Shown here: piece after piece, positions 1 to 13,940 of the stretch
How the letters are laid out: the number at the start of each line of letters is the position of its first letter
How positions within the stretch are numbered: position 1 is the first letter of the stretch
Assembly (NCBI GenBank): GCA_951406725.2
Contig: OX597831.1
Location: 51,026,001-51,090,000, forward strand
DNA from: Octopus vulgaris
Taxonomy: Eukaryota
Length of the DNA: 64,000 nt
Direction: 5' to 3'
Notes under the pieces: model-generated
Told to the model about the DNA's origin: nothing
Seen by the model: the letters and a program-made list of their open reading frames with translations, nothing else
Database searches by the model: none
Made by a program: the position numbers and the translations under genes

Positions 1-2462
1 TAAAAACGGACGAAAAGCCGCTACGCATTTTGCCTGGCGTGACTAAGATCAAATATTCGATCACTTGAATAGTTTTGCCAACTCACTGTCTCACGATATT
101 TACTAAATAATAATCTCTAATATAGGCATAAGGCTTGTAGCTTGGAAGGAAGGCATTTAATCGTTGCCATCGACTCTCCAGTTTTTGACTGGTACTTCAT
201 TTTATCGACCCCGAAAGGATGAAGGGCAAAGATGACCTCGACAGGATTTCAGCTCAGAAAGTAAAGGGTCAGAAAATACGCTGCTAGGCATTTTGTCCAA
301 CGCGATAATTCTCCTCCTGGTCTCCACCTTAAGGAATTGCTTAATGATTTCTAATTTAGGCACAAGGCCCGCCGTTTTGAGAGGAGGGATTTAATCGATG
401 CCACTGACTCCAGTTCTTGGATGATAGTTTAAATTATCGACCCCGAAAGAATGAAAAACGAAGTTGACGTCGTTGGGACTAGAGCTCAGAATATGTATTT
501 CAGCGCATTTTGTCAGATAAGTGCTCAATAATAAAAATTAAGGGAATTCTGGAATGTAATTTCATCTGATTGGATTTTCTGGAAAGGAAAGTAACACGTT
601 TATAATGTAATTTTGATTTGAAATTGTTTGAAATTGCTCTTAAAGCTTACAGTCAGTATTGGGTGTCGTTGGTGGTACCGTAAATTCTAATATCTATAGA
701 TTTCCATTATCTATTATGTCTCTCACAAAGAGGAGAAATCGATCGATTAATAGAAGCGATTAGAATGAAATACAACGAAAGTTTTTAAGTTAATATTGAC
801 GTATTTAATGCAGCGGACAGAAGAAATCATATTGGAAAGACTTATGTGATGAGAAAATGACAATATTAGCTCAATGACTTGACATTACGTTAAGCTGTTC
901 AGGAGTGTACGGGTGAAAACTCTTCACATGTTTTGTTATTACACCTTCTCAGCGTATGTATGAGAGAGAGAAAAGAAAACGGTTGATCAATAGAGGAGTT
1001 TATTTAGAACGACAGGCTACTAAACTTCTTCAGTCAATGTTGTCATATTTAATGCAGTGAACAACAGAAATCAAATTAGGAATATTTGTGATGGGGAAAT
1101 AGAGAACCTTATTTCAATAGCTGATGTTACTTTAAACAGTTTCCGGATGTACGGGAAGAAAACTCAGGAATGTTTCGGTCTTATCAGAGATCCTCAGCAT
1201 ATTATAGACTTCACTGTACTTGCCAAATTAATGGCGAGAAAATAAGGAAATGGACATACAATGTTGTATACAAGTAAGCTTGTAAAATTAGCATATAAAT
1301 AGTAGCATAGATGTATGTGTATGTGCGTGAATGTATGCACACACACACACAGAAACACACTTGTGAGTGTGTGTGTGTGTGTGTGTGTGTGCGTGTGTAT
1401 AGGGTTGTTAGACAAATTCGTTAGTTTTACCCTACATTTGTTTATTTGAATTCTTTCTAATATTATTTGAATTAACACGAAAAATATTTTTATCGAATTG
1501 TTGTAATGTTTTAAGCTTTTTAATGCTTTATTCTTTCGGGTAACTCATACACCTCAATTTTTTGTGTACTCATAGCTTTCAGAATAATAGTTGTCTTTTT
1601 TTTTTATGAAATTTTCTACAAGAAACTTTCAGCTGGTTTAGATTACATTCATATAAATATTTAATGAGAAACAAAATGAGCTGGAACCGGATATTTCATA
1701 CATCTCGGCTTTGTTTTTTCGTTGCTTTTGATTATTTAATCACAAAAATGTTGGGAAAAAATTACTTTTGCGACCAATGTGATCCCTGCTATTTCTTGCA
1801 TACTAAACGACCACATAGGAGAAGGATCACCTTTGAGTTTGTTTAAAAGTGAGAGATTAAGATTGCAATAAAATAACGAAAAATATGCATTCGCTAATTA
1901 ATGTTAGCATTGTACTGCTCTTTCTACAAAGATTTCAGAGAATTTCCGGGAAAGAGTGGAATAGTCCTAAAAAAATCGATTTTCCTAAAAGTTAAGACAA
2001 AATCTACAGGTAGAGAGGTAAACCTTTGTAGTAATTATGCCCATTTGACGTAAATTAAAGCTAGTTTCCTTATTCAACTTTCTATGTGATCAACAACATT
2101 CTACAAAAAATACTAAAATCGGCATAATTTGGCTGATGCTAAATTAAACTTATAATTTGTAGAAGGTGAAGACGATGTGGTGATAGAATCGTCAGAGCAT
2201 CAAGAAAAAAAATTGTTTTGCGGAATTTGAGTTCAAATCCCGCCGAGGCCAACTTTGCCTTCCAGTCCTCCGGGATCAATAAAATAAAGTGTCAGATTAA
2301 GTACTGAAGTCGATAGTATCGACAAACCCCACTCTCCAGAAAATTTCTAGCTTTGTGCCTAAATCAGGAACCATTCTACAGAATGATTCAAAATTTCCTT
2401 CAGCATTAATATAAACCGACTAAACTACCCTGGTTCGGGGATTTCATGATAGTTAGTTTGCC

Positions 2463-2675
2463 AAGGCGGCGAGCTGGCAGAAACGTCAGCAGGCCGGGCG
2501 AAATGCTTAGAGGTACTTCATCTGTCTTTATGTTCTGAGTACAAATTCCGCCGAGGTCGACTTTGCCTTTCATCCTTTCAGGGTCGATAAATTAAGTACC
2601 AGTTGCGTACTGGGGTCGATCTAATCGACTGGTCCCCTCCCCAAAAATTTATGGCCTTGTGCCTAGAGTAGAAAA
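2463..2675 (+). mobile_element. tRNA-derived SINE family A (Meta-domain-like), representative copy
   Basis: Head aaggcggcgagctggcagaa...gagt(t/a)caaattccgccgaggtcgactttgcctttcatcctttc. Other + copies at about 3270-3445, 26802-27035, 27850-28230, 29642-29855, 32011-32225 and 35415-35643. The body resembles the MetaSINE/Sauria central domain (recalled similarity). Confidence 0.8.
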
Positions 2676-2843
2676 GGATAGTTAATTTGCTGCCCTATCG
2701 TTCATGTTGCCAACTACTCAAGCCACATCCTGCCATGTTATCGAAAGGATATACTTGTTGGATAATATATGTACGTACGTATGTATGCATGATTTTTCTT
2801 TGAGTTTTATTTAATTTCTTCTTCAGAGAGTTCAAGCTAGTTG

Positions 2844-3260
2844 CTAACAAAGTGACCAGACCTTTTGAGTTAAGAGAATTCCCGGTATTTGCAAATATGT
2901 GGTTGAATTGATGTGTTGATTGAATTGTTGATGTATACACCCAAGTGTGCATCTATTCACATAAGAATCTCTGATTGTGAATTTTTTTAATGTCTTACAA
3001 TTATTCACCGTGCCACTAACAGATTGGATTTGAAGAATCCGCAACAGTTTCTTTTGCTCTTTCTCTGTGAAACCGAGTATTTTTAGGTTTTTGTGCGAAT
3101 TTGTTGGCACATAACCTAATGCACTAATTATGATACGTAAAAATGAGAATTCATAATCAGGGTACAAGAGCTGTAAGTTCCGCATTAATTCACCATAAAT
3201 ATTCTCTTTTTCCTGGACTTTTAGTTGTACATTCACATCCGCTGACCAGCTGACTTTTCA
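2844..3260 (-). mobile_element. 3' fragment of a restriction-like-endonuclease non-LTR retrotransposon
   Basis: ORF 2844..3236 reads NVQLKVQEKENIYGELMRNLQLLYP...IIISALGYVP, matching the RLE C-terminal pattern (EKxxxYxxL...IIxGALG) also seen at 19.9 kb and 30.1 kb. Confidence 0.7.
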
Positions 3261-3760
3261 ACAGTGCATAACGCTAGCACGCCAGGCGAAATGCTTAGCA
3301 GTATTTCTTCTGTCGCTAACGTTCTGAGTTCAAATTCCGTCGAGGTCGACTTTGCCTTCCATCCTTACGCACTGGGGTCGATATAATCGACTTAGTCCCT
3401 TTGTCTGTCCCTTCTATGTTTAGCCCCTTGTGGGCAATAAAGAATTAAATATCAGGTCAGTTATATTTGCACCGAACTGATGTTTTTACAGTATTCCTTA
3501 TTTTTAAAGGTGTAAATAGCTGCCGATTAAAACATGCCTTTGTTGTATACGTCACGACACTCCTTCCTGCGAATAGCATTCTAGATAGTCTCTGCAACTA
3601 CATCATGCCTCAGGGGCAGGTAATAACTCGTAGACATTTTTGGGCAGATGCTGATATATGTATGTATGCATGTATGTATGTATGTATGGATGGATGGATG
3701 GATGGATGGATGGATGGATTGATGGATGGATGTTAATATAGATATATATATATATATCGC

Positions 3761-4069
<309 letters not shown>

Positions 4070-4625
4070 GGGGTTGTAATTGATTTAATACGAAACGTGT
4101 CTGGAATTTTAAGTAGTATAATTGGTTAGTACGATGGACACAATAGCCTCCATTTCCGATTCTTAGTTGACTAAACACTTTCCTGTCTGTATCGTAATTG
4201 AGTTTGCTGCAGAAAATCGTCTCGTTTAAGTCGTTGAGATTTTTGTCGACTGAGAACAATACAACGACTGTCAACAGGTTTTGATGCGTTGAGACAGGTA
4301 GATATAGATCATTCCAAGCAACAACAAAAAAGGGCAAACAACCCTAACAATGTGTGTGTGTGCGCGCGTGTGTATATTTATGTGTGAGAGTGTGTATGTG
4401 TATATATGCATGTGTATGTATGTCTGCATGTATATAAGTGTGTGTGTGTGTATGTAAATGCATGTGTGTGTATACACATGTATGTGTGTATCTGTATGTG
4501 TGTGTATGTGTATATATGTCTGTGTAAGCGTGTATAAGTACAAGTACGTGTGTATGTATGCGCGCATGCATATGTATGAGTGTATGTATATATATATATA
4601 TATAGATATATATATATATATATAT

Positions 4626-4656
<31 letters not shown>

Positions 4657-4658
4657 TG

Positions 4659-4704
<46 letters not shown>

Positions 4705-5389
4705 ATTTGTCTTTTTATCTTTTAGTTGTTTCCGTCATTGGATTCTATTTCCTCTAGAGAATATATCGAATTAGGTAATCATAGCCGAGTCGATATACAT
4801 CATCAGAGTATGTGGATGCTGGGGTTTAAGGTGTGGCTGGCATGTGTGATAAATATATAACGTTAATTAATAACGTTGGCAATTTATAGTGCAAAGGGAT
4901 CTTTAATGCAAGATAATCTATTATGTAACATGGTTTTTTTTTTTCTGGATGATACAGGAGCAGGCATGGCTGTATGATTAAAAAGTTCGCTTTGCAGCAC
5001 GTGGTTTCGGGTTCAATCCCACTATGCGGCGCCCCTACCGAGCCAACCGAGGCAGGGGAGACGGACGTTGTAGATATTTCTTTTGAACAGTTTCAATGGA
5101 ACGAATGAAAGAAAACGTGGGCAGAAAGTATGTAGATTGGATGCAATATGGTTGAGAGAAGCAGAAGGAGCAGGAACAGGAAGAGAATGGGGAGGGGCAG
5201 GAGGAGCAGGAGCAGGAAGAGAATGGGGAGAAACGGACGGAAGAAGAAGAGGAAGAGAGACGAGTGAGTTTGAAGTGCCTGGTGTGGATGACACGAAACC
5301 AACAAGTTCCGAGGAACGAGCACGGCCATTGTGGTAGGAATATGAAGGATAGAAGGAAAAGTTGGGATTCGCTGATGTGCAACTTCAGG

Positions 5390-5870
5390 CCAATCAGTTG
5401 AGTGGGCTTTCATTTGGATTCGATCTCGAAATGTCTGTAGTAGCAGTACCATCTTAGATATGGGGAACAATATTCTGATGAGGATCACATCTGGTCTTTA
5501 TAGAGGTTATTTTTTATACGATTTTGTTTGTTCCTCACAGGGTCTGGGGCTATTGCAACATCAGGGATCACAAAGAAGGGGAAAAAAGGGCCTACAGATT
5601 CTAAAGATGTCGACTGACAGAAAGCTTATAGAATTGAATATCATAAACCAAACGAAAATAAGACAATGGTAGTGAGGAAAGAAGCTATTACAATAAAAGA
5701 ACTTAGAACTAACAAGCTCAAAAAGAAACGATGCGCCTGGGAAGAGAGACGGGTGATACGCTTAAAGGCTTTGATAGAGGGTACAAGACCAGAAAGTTCA
5801 TCAAAGCAATAACCATAGAAATACTTATAAAAAAGACACAACGAAGATACACTTCGATGATGTTGATTTA
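5390..5870 (-). mobile_element. CR1-like LINE ORF2 C-terminal relics (two fragments)
   Basis: 5870-5700 reads HHRSVSSLCLFYKYFYGYCFDELSGLVP, typical of a CR1-group ORF2 end (HRRxVASLxLFYKYY). 5510-5400 reads LYKDQM*SSSEYCS.../DRIQMKA, a degenerate LYKAQIRPxLEYCSH...DRIQ. Confidence 0.65.
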
Positions 5871-7031
5871 TAAAGAATTTTCTGGCTCTGAAGCGGAACG
5901 CCAATTTTTTTTAATGCAGTTTTGGCGAATTTAAGATTGTATATTCTTCATTCGATGATGGTGAGGCTTAGCATTTATAATAATGATCTTGTGGGTTCGA
6001 TGGTGGGGCATAAGTATTTTCTTGATATGGTAGTGGTTGTAGGGTTTCTTTCGTTCAATGGTAAAGCGCCCGTCATGATTACACGGGCAACATTCGACTC
6101 CTATGAGAGACTCTGTGCCAAAATTTGAAACCAATGTGAGTAGTGGTTGTGCCACTGGATCTGCTGAGAGGAACGAGATTAGCCTGAACCCATTAGAGTA
6201 GAGGTCTTCGACCACAGTACCAAGGACCAGTACCGAATCGTTCATCATTCGTAGCAGGCCACTCAATGCGCCATTCGGTCCGGGAATCGAACAGACGATC
6301 TAGCGATCGTGAGTGTAACACCTTAGTCACTTGACCATGCGCCTTTACATAATATATATATATATATAATGCAAATAATACCTTGCAGACTACCACAGTC
6401 AACTATGTACCGTGTTTGTATGTATGGATGTGCATCTGCATATGTATGGACGTGTGTCTCCATATGTGTCCTTGTGTGAAGTAAAGTGTGTGTGTGTATA
6501 TATGGTCATGTGTATCAGTTTTCATTTGCGTATGTGTGCTTGCTTGTTCATATAACCTATGTAACTATCCCTCTGTACAAACACGGTACATAGTTGCACA
6601 AACACACACACACACACACACTCAGACATGCACACACAAAGAGAGAGAGTTTTACATACACACACACACACATACAAACACACCCACACACGCACACACA
6701 TACATAAAAACACAAATACGGACATGCAAACACATGAATATTCAGAATACATACATACAAATGTACGCACATAAACAAATACATATGCACATGCACATAC
6801 ATGCATACATACAAATGCATACATACATGCATGCATGTATAAGCACACACACACATGCGCACAAACAAACAAAAAGGAACACAGTGTGAGTAACGGACAG
6901 TCAAAACTATTGAAAAGGTTGCAAGACGCAACGGAAAATTTTAGAAAAATAAAAAAGAAATGTGGAAATTTTACCGGTGAGTGTGGTAAATTATAAGGCA
7001 TCAAAAGAGAACGACTCTCCCCAGACACAAC

Positions 7032-7080
<49 letters not shown>

Positions 7081-7081
<1 letters not shown>

Positions 7082-7240
7082 TTATTTTATAGGAGTTTAC
7101 AGGACTAGAACTGTTTCATTCAAATGAAATCTTCAGGAAGCTAGCTGTCAAAATATTTTATTTTGACAGCCAGCTTCCTGAAGATTTCATTTGAATGAAA
7201 CAGTTCTAGTCCTGTAGAAGCTCCTTCTATATAAAATAAA
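7081..7240. repeat. Near-perfect palindrome (arms about 65-75 bp) built from a Penelope-type terminal repeat
   Basis: acaggactagaactgtttcattcaaatgaaatcttcaggaagctagctgtcaaaata / tattttgacagccagcttcctgaagatttcatttgaatgaaacagttctagtcctgt, centred near 7157 and embedded between (TA)n tracts. Confidence 0.95.
7172..7222 (+). ncRNA. Type I hammerhead ribozyme motif (Penelope-type)
   Basis: Stem I AGCTTC(7172-77)/GAAGCT(7217-22); core CTGAAGA 7178-84; weak stem II tttcatttgaat; GAAA 7197-7200; stem III ACAG/CTGT; cleavage triplet GTA 7214-16. A mirror copy lies on the - strand at about 7091-7141. Confidence 0.65.
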
Positions 7241-7306
7241 TTAATTTACTCTGCTATGTATTGAGTACCTTATTTACTGTGGTTAACCCCGACTCAACCC
7301 GGGACC

Positions 7307-7341
<35 letters not shown>

Positions 7342-7584
7342 GACGGTCTTCTTTCAGTTTTCGTCTACCAAACTCATTCACAAGGCATTAGTTAGCCCGA
7401 GGCTATAGTAGAAGACATTTATCCAAGTTGTCACGCAATGGGACTGAACCCGGAAGCATGTGGTTGCGAAGTAAGCTTCTTACCACACTGCCACGCCTGT
7501 GTCTATATGTGTAATATTTATGTATTATAAATATTATTCTTAAATTATGTATTATGCACTCTATTGAGTTTCGTTACGCGCGCG

Positions 7585-7656
7585 ATCCCCCCAATCCATG
7601 GGAAAACTGTCTTGCATGAAACCGGTCTGTCGTGAAAAAAAGGTTAGGGTCCGCTG
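7585..7656 (+). mobile_element. 3' end of a hAT/Charlie-like (MER1-like) element
   Basis: ccatgggaaaactgtcttgcatgaaaccggtc...aaaaaggttagggtccgctg resembles the Charlie/MER1 terminus (recalled consensus). Confidence 0.5.
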
Positions 7657-7708
7657 CATTTGAGGATGTTTTTGAGGATTTTATATGGTTAACGGAGTCA
7701 GTATAGAT

Positions 7709-7970
7709 CAGAGGTTCCCACAATTTTTCAGGTTATCGCCCCTTTGGCACCCGGACCATATTCCTAGCAACCCGCCTCACCACTACAAACATAGACCACT
7801 TTCTGCAGTAAATTCAAAACAAATATATTTCACGAATAAAACTTAACCTACGTAACCCATTATTTTGGTTTTTCTTACACCATCGCCCCCTTCTTGTCAC
7901 CCCATTATCGTCTCACTTTTCTTCAACCGCTCCCCAAGGGGGAAGTTCTACCAGTCTATACCAACCATTG
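7709..7970. mobile_element. hAT-family MITE with 8-bp TSD
   Basis: Termini CAGAGGTT...AACCATTG. Exact 8-bp direct repeat GTATAGAT at 7701-7708 and 7971-7978. Confidence 0.8.
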
Positions 7971-8309
7971 GTATAGATTTAGCGTTAAGAATGGGGTCTA
8001 AGTTCCGTGTGGGATGACGACTACCTGCGGAAGATTAGATTTAGGAAAGGATGAAAGGTGGTATTATAAGAGTAGGCGTGGGTGTCTATGCAGCCAGCAT
8101 CATGACCATCCCTCATAGCGGTAAACCATTACTCCTCATCCATTTCTCTTTACACGTTGTGCATCAATTATTTCTTATCGCTCACCACTCACTGTCCATC
8201 GCCAATCACTCATCACACACTACTCGTCATCCTCTCCTCAGTACCTGGCATTCACCATCCACTATCACCAACCAGCCATCAATGCCAGTCACTCATAGAC
8301 AGAGACAGG

Positions 8310-8371
8310 AGTACATACATACATACATGCATGCATACATACATACATACATGCATGCATACATACATACA

Positions 8372-8405
<34 letters not shown>

Positions 8406-9055
8406 CATGCATACATACATACATATATACACACACACAAACAGACAGACTGACTGACTGACAGACAGATCGATACATATATAAATACATACATAGCCAG
8501 AAGGAAAGACAGACAGACAGACACACACACACACAGACGGACGGACAGGCAAATAGGCAGATACATACATACATACATACATACATACATACATACATAC
8601 ATACATACATACATACATACATACATACATACATACGTACATGCATACATATATAACCAGACAGATAGATAGATGTGTTTGTATATATGTATCTGTGTAT
8701 GTGTGCGTAAAAACATATATGCAGTCACACATTCGTACACACGCGCACACACACTTATTCACCACCACTCAGCAAAAAGCCCCTCATCACCGCCACCATC
8801 CAGCCATCAACAATCCATACCGTTTCCATTCGCAGTTATAATTAATTCTGTGATTCCAGATAAGACGGCTTTGCGTGCGGGACGAATCGATAGAAGAATT
8901 TTACTTGGCTAAGATAAAATAAATATGGCTTCCAGTGTTGTTGGTGGTCGGTGTTCCACGTCACCTTATCATTAACAACAACAACCACCACCACCACCAC
9001 CACCACCACCACCTCTGTCAGCATCATGTACCACCACAACACCCAGCATCACCAT

Positions 9056-9088
<33 letters not shown>

Positions 9089-9640
9089 CACTATCGCCAT
9101 CAACTACCAGCATCCCCCACCAGCGCCATAAACACTACCACCACCACCACCACTACTATTGCTGCTACACCTGCTACTACTATTACTACTACTACTACTA
9201 CTGCTACTATTACTATTACTGCTGCTACAAGTACTACTACTACTAACACTATTATCACCACCACTACCACCATCACTGAGAGCACCACCACTACTACAAC
9301 TACTACTTCTACCACCACTATCATCATCAACAACCAACACCACCAGCAGCACAAGTACCGCCACTGCTGGTACCATCATCATCACCATCAATCTACAGTA
9401 CCTCTACTGCCACCACTAGCACCACAACTGCAAATACTACTACTGCTACAACTATTATAGGTACCACCACCACTACCACTACCACAATCGTCAACGCCAC
9501 CAACATCATCATCATCATCATCTACCACCTTCATCTACCACCGTTACAACCATCACCTGTAACAACCACTACCAACATCCACCATCACCACTGTTTACTG
9601 CCGCCATCACAGTCATCCCATCTGACACAATCACTGTCTT
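8310..9640. repeat. Compound microsatellite field: (ACAT)n, (AGAC)n, (ACC)n, (ACT)n
   Basis: Directly visible; the source of spurious poly-T/H/Y/L ORFs. Confidence 0.95.
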
Positions 9641-9650
9641 CCACCATTAT

Positions 9651-10063
9651 CTATTTCTTTACTACCCACAAGGGGTTAAACATAGAGGGGACAAACAAGG
9701 ACAGACAAACGGATTAATTCGATAATATCGACCCCAGTGCGTAACTGGTACTTAATTTATCGCCCCCGAAAGGATGAAAGGCAAAGTCGACCTCGGCGGA
9801 ATTTGAACTCAGAACGTAGCGGCAGACGAAATACCTATTTCTTTATTACCCACAAGGGGCTACACACAGAGGGGACAAACAAGGACAGACATAGGTATTA
9901 AGTCGATTACATCGACCCCAGTGCGTAACTGGTACTTAATTTATCGACCCCGAAAGGATGAAAGGCAAAGTCGACCTCGGCGGAATTTGAACTCACAACG
10001 TAACGCAGACGAAATACCGCTAAGCATTTCGCCCGGCGTACTAACTATTCTACCAGATCGCCA
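9651..10063 (-). mobile_element. SINE family A, head-to-tail tandem dimer
   Basis: Two consecutive reverse-complement copies, with tatttctttactacccacaagggg... repeated at about 9651 and 9836. A similar arrangement occurs at 20537-20810. Confidence 0.85.
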
Positions 10064-10116
10064 CCATTATCACCAACACCACTACCATCAACAACCACCA
10101 ACATCACCACCATCTG

Positions 10117-10336
10117 CGAGGAACTGCTGGAAAGTTCCAGGTTTGGGGTAAAAGAAAATACAGGAGGATCAGTTAATTATGATTTTATTCAAGATATTCC
10201 CCTCTCAGATTCACACAGTTATTGTAGTGGTCCTTCAGTTTTTCTAAGCCCTGTAAAAAAAAAATCGGAAGGTTGGGCCTCCGATCAGGCTTTTCGCGAA
10301 ACCCTTAAAACCAGGAACTTTTCAGTACCCGTGCAT
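10117..10336. mobile_element. Mariner-type MITE, older copy
   Basis: Homologous along its length to 10408-10624, with decayed TIRs. A partial inverted copy lies at about 35167-35275. Confidence 0.75.
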
Positions 10337-10344
10337 GCAGGCGC

Positions 10345-10386
<42 letters not shown>

Positions 10387-10407
10387 GTGTGTGTGTCAGT
10401 GTGTATA

Positions 10408-10624
10408 CGAGGGGAAGCTGAACAGTTCCTGGCTTCGGGTAAAAGAAAATACAGAAGGATCAGTTAATTAGGATTTTTTTCAAGATATTTCCCTCCCAGA
10501 TTCACATATTTATTGCAGCAGCCCTTCAGTGTCTCTAAGCCCTGTAAAAAAACTTAGACGGTTGGGTCTCCGACCGGGCCTTTCCTAACACCCTTAAAGC
10601 CAGGAACTTTTCAGCACCCCCTCG
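10408..10624. mobile_element. Mariner-type MITE with TA TSD
   Basis: TA|CGAGGGGaaGCTGAAcAGTTCCTGGCTT ... AAGCCAGGAACTTTTCAGCACCCCCTCG|TA. Confidence 0.9.
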
Positions 10625-11227
10625 TATGACTATCACCATCTCCATTATCAGAAGCCAAGTGGGGAGCCACTATGTTGTTGCATTTCCTGCTAGTAATAAG
10701 TGATCAATCTACTTCAAATCACAATCTGTTCTCTTAAGAAAAGAAAGAAATCATAGAATAATGTAGTTAGTAGTTTTCAGTCGGGGTCCATATGGCCCTT
10801 GGAGGCCCGTATAAGATTTTGTTAAAATTCATATGCAATAACTTGCTGATATTTCTACAAAGCACCGAATATTTTATTTATACAATTCCTAACATCGAAT
10901 GGCTAGTAGAATTGCTAACATGATTTTTAATCAATATTTATATATATATATATATATAATAAATGCGCCCTTTTAAAGCCTAGCCAGGCTCATGGACCCG
11001 GCTTCCCGGTTTCTATGGCGTATGTGCTCCCCACCTGCACGGAACACCGGTCCGTCGCTGTATTACTCATTTTTGCCAGCTGAGGGGACCTGGAGCAACG
11101 TGAAATGAAGTAGTTTGCTCAAAGACACAACTCGTCACCCGATCTAGGAATCGAAACCACAATCTTACGATCATGGTGCTGACACCCTAACCACTGAGTC
11201 ACGCGCCTTTACACACACAGACACAGA

Positions 11228-11293
<66 letters not shown>

Positions 11294-11737
11294 ACGTCGG
11301 ATGTAATCAATTGAACCACACGTGTATTTATCTTTATGGTAAAATCTGGCGTGTGATTGAGTGGATTTCATCCAGATAGTTTTGGCTGAGGAGCTACAAG
11401 TGGATTTTTTTGTAAGTAAAATTACATTTAATTCATTAATAGCGAAACAATTGTCCCAAAATAATCTGTATTTTGTTATTTTTTATTTGCCCTGTTCGTG
11501 TGAGCTAACAATCGTACTGACTTTCATGGGAAACATGTATTTTTGTGGTTGAAACCTTTTGGATTAACTAGTGCTAGAGTGAGCCATATAGTGACCACTC
11601 TCTTATATTTATTTTTGTAAAAATATTATAATATATTATAAAATATTATAATAATCCAGGTTTCTCGGAGCACTGGGCCACTTGGTGTTGAATAGATATA
11701 CTATTAAATTAGTATCTAATTCTCTCACCCTTATTAA

Positions 11738-11776
<39 letters not shown>

Positions 11777-11780
<4 letters not shown>

Positions 11781-11882
11781 AAATGGGACAAGAACGCAAA
11801 ACATTCAAATAGATGATACAAAAAACACAGACGGGTCATTCGAAGCCTCTAATCTTTAGTCAAGAACCGGATCATCCTCGCA

Positions 11883-11883
<1 letters not shown>
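11777..11883 (-). mobile_element. Fragment of the repeat family forming the 46.1 kb foldback and the 61.8/62.6 kb direct repeats
   Basis: acaaaatgggacaagaacgcaaaacattcaaatagatgatacaaaaaacacagacgggtcattcgaagcc matches 46075-46145; it abuts (TA)n. Confidence 0.75.
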
Positions 11884-11940
<57 letters not shown>

Positions 11941-12524
11941 AAAACTTTATAAATATAAGGGTAAAAATTATCAAATAATCATTTACCTGTGGCTAGCATG
12001 CGTAATAAGGGTCAGAAGACCTAAACGTTTTTAAATATAATTGTGTATGTTTCATACACTATCATATTTAAATATATATGATGGTGGTTGTCTACTCCTT
12101 ATGCAGAGTTTGACCACTTCATGTACCTACACATTAGAACTATCATGGCATCTGATTTGGACCACCAAGACCTGCAGATAAGTTCTGCTCTTAGTGGATC
12201 TTAAAATGTCTTTTGAGGCCACCATTGGATTTGCAAACCTTCTAGCATACACTACATTCAAAGGTGTGCACAGACGTATAGGTGGAATAGTTGGTGGAGG
12301 TTCGTTTTATATATATACGTCGAGCTTCTTTCAGTTTCTATCTATCAAATCCATTCACAAAGTATCGGTCGGTCCGAGGCTATTGTAGAATACACATGCC
12401 CAAGGTACCACGCAGTGGGTCTGAACTCAGATCCATGTTGTTAGAAAGCAGACCTTTTTTTACCACACAGCCACGACTGCGCCTCATGTGTGTGTGTGTG
12501 TGGTTGTATATGTGTGTGTGTGTG

Positions 12525-12580
<56 letters not shown>

Positions 12581-12844
12581 AGTGTCTGTGCTTGTATTTG
12601 TTCTCTACCAACGCTTTACAAAGGGTGTTGGTTTGGTTATGTTCACGTAACTCAGTGGTTCGGTAAAGGATACCGATGAAGTAACTAGTAGATTTTAAAA
12701 ACAAAAGTACTGGACTTCATATGTTCGACTAAAATCCACAATCCAGCGACTGAAACTACTAAAAGACGGACACGATAAACACTAACCAGCAACTGTACTA
12801 CCATCCATCCATCCATCCATTTATCTATCAAAACTATCGCCATC

Positions 12845-12987
12845 ATGTCCATCACAGCTATCAATAACACCACCAGCATCAACACTACCACCAACACTAC
12901 CACCAACACTACTACCAACGCCACCACAACCTCTACTGTAATCACAAACGAAACCAACATGCCTGTGGTAACATCACAACTATCTTC

Positions 12988-13034
<47 letters not shown>

Positions 13035-13078
13035 TACCACCATCATCACCATCATCATTACCATCATCGTCGTCGTCG

Positions 13079-13172
<94 letters not shown>

Positions 13173-13210
13173 TACCACCATCATCACCATCATCATTACC
13201 ATCATCGTCG

Positions 13211-13250
<40 letters not shown>

Positions 13251-13310
13251 TACCACCATCATCATCATTACCACCATCATCACCATCATCATCACCGCTC
13301 TCATCATCCC
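12845..13310. repeat. (CAT)n/(CAC)n microsatellite with a higher-order unit
   Basis: Long (TCA)n tracts punctuated repeatedly by ttaccaccatcatcaccatcatca. Confidence 0.95.
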
Positions 13311-13456
13311 TTATGCTAATGTCAGCTCGATACAAAATTCAAGCATCGCCGCCCCATCGCCACCAACATCACCACTTATTCATGTCACTACATTCATGCC
13401 ATCTACATCACAACTACCATCGCCAACATCAGACCACACCCCACCATCATCATCGC

Positions 13457-13496
<40 letters not shown>

Positions 13497-13675
13497 TACA
13501 CACTTCTACCAATTGCCACATGTCTCCATCAATTTTAATGATGTTGGCTTCCAATACGTGGATGGGCGAGATTGCTCTTCGCACAAACATACACCCGCAG
13601 GGTAACATAATGTGTCTCTATATGTACCCTTAAACATACAGGCACACACACGTATATACATATATATATATACAC

Positions 13676-13829
<154 letters not shown>

Positions 13830-13895
13830 TATATATACATATATATATAAATATATATACATATATATAGATGTGTGCATATGTATATGCATGTG

Positions 13896-13940
<45 letters not shown>

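Noticed and set aside
5930-6110. Tc1/Tc3 transposase remnant (VVGFLSFNGK)
   Set aside because: A single weak motif with no TIRs or catalytic residues.
8935-9460. Poly-Thr/His/Tyr ORFs resembling mucins
   Set aside because: Translations of (ACC)n/(ACT)n microsatellites, open in several frames and strands, with no splice context.
12685-13633. 216-262 aa poly-Asp and poly-Ser ORFs
   Set aside because: (CAT)n expansion; open on both strands because the repeat lacks stops.
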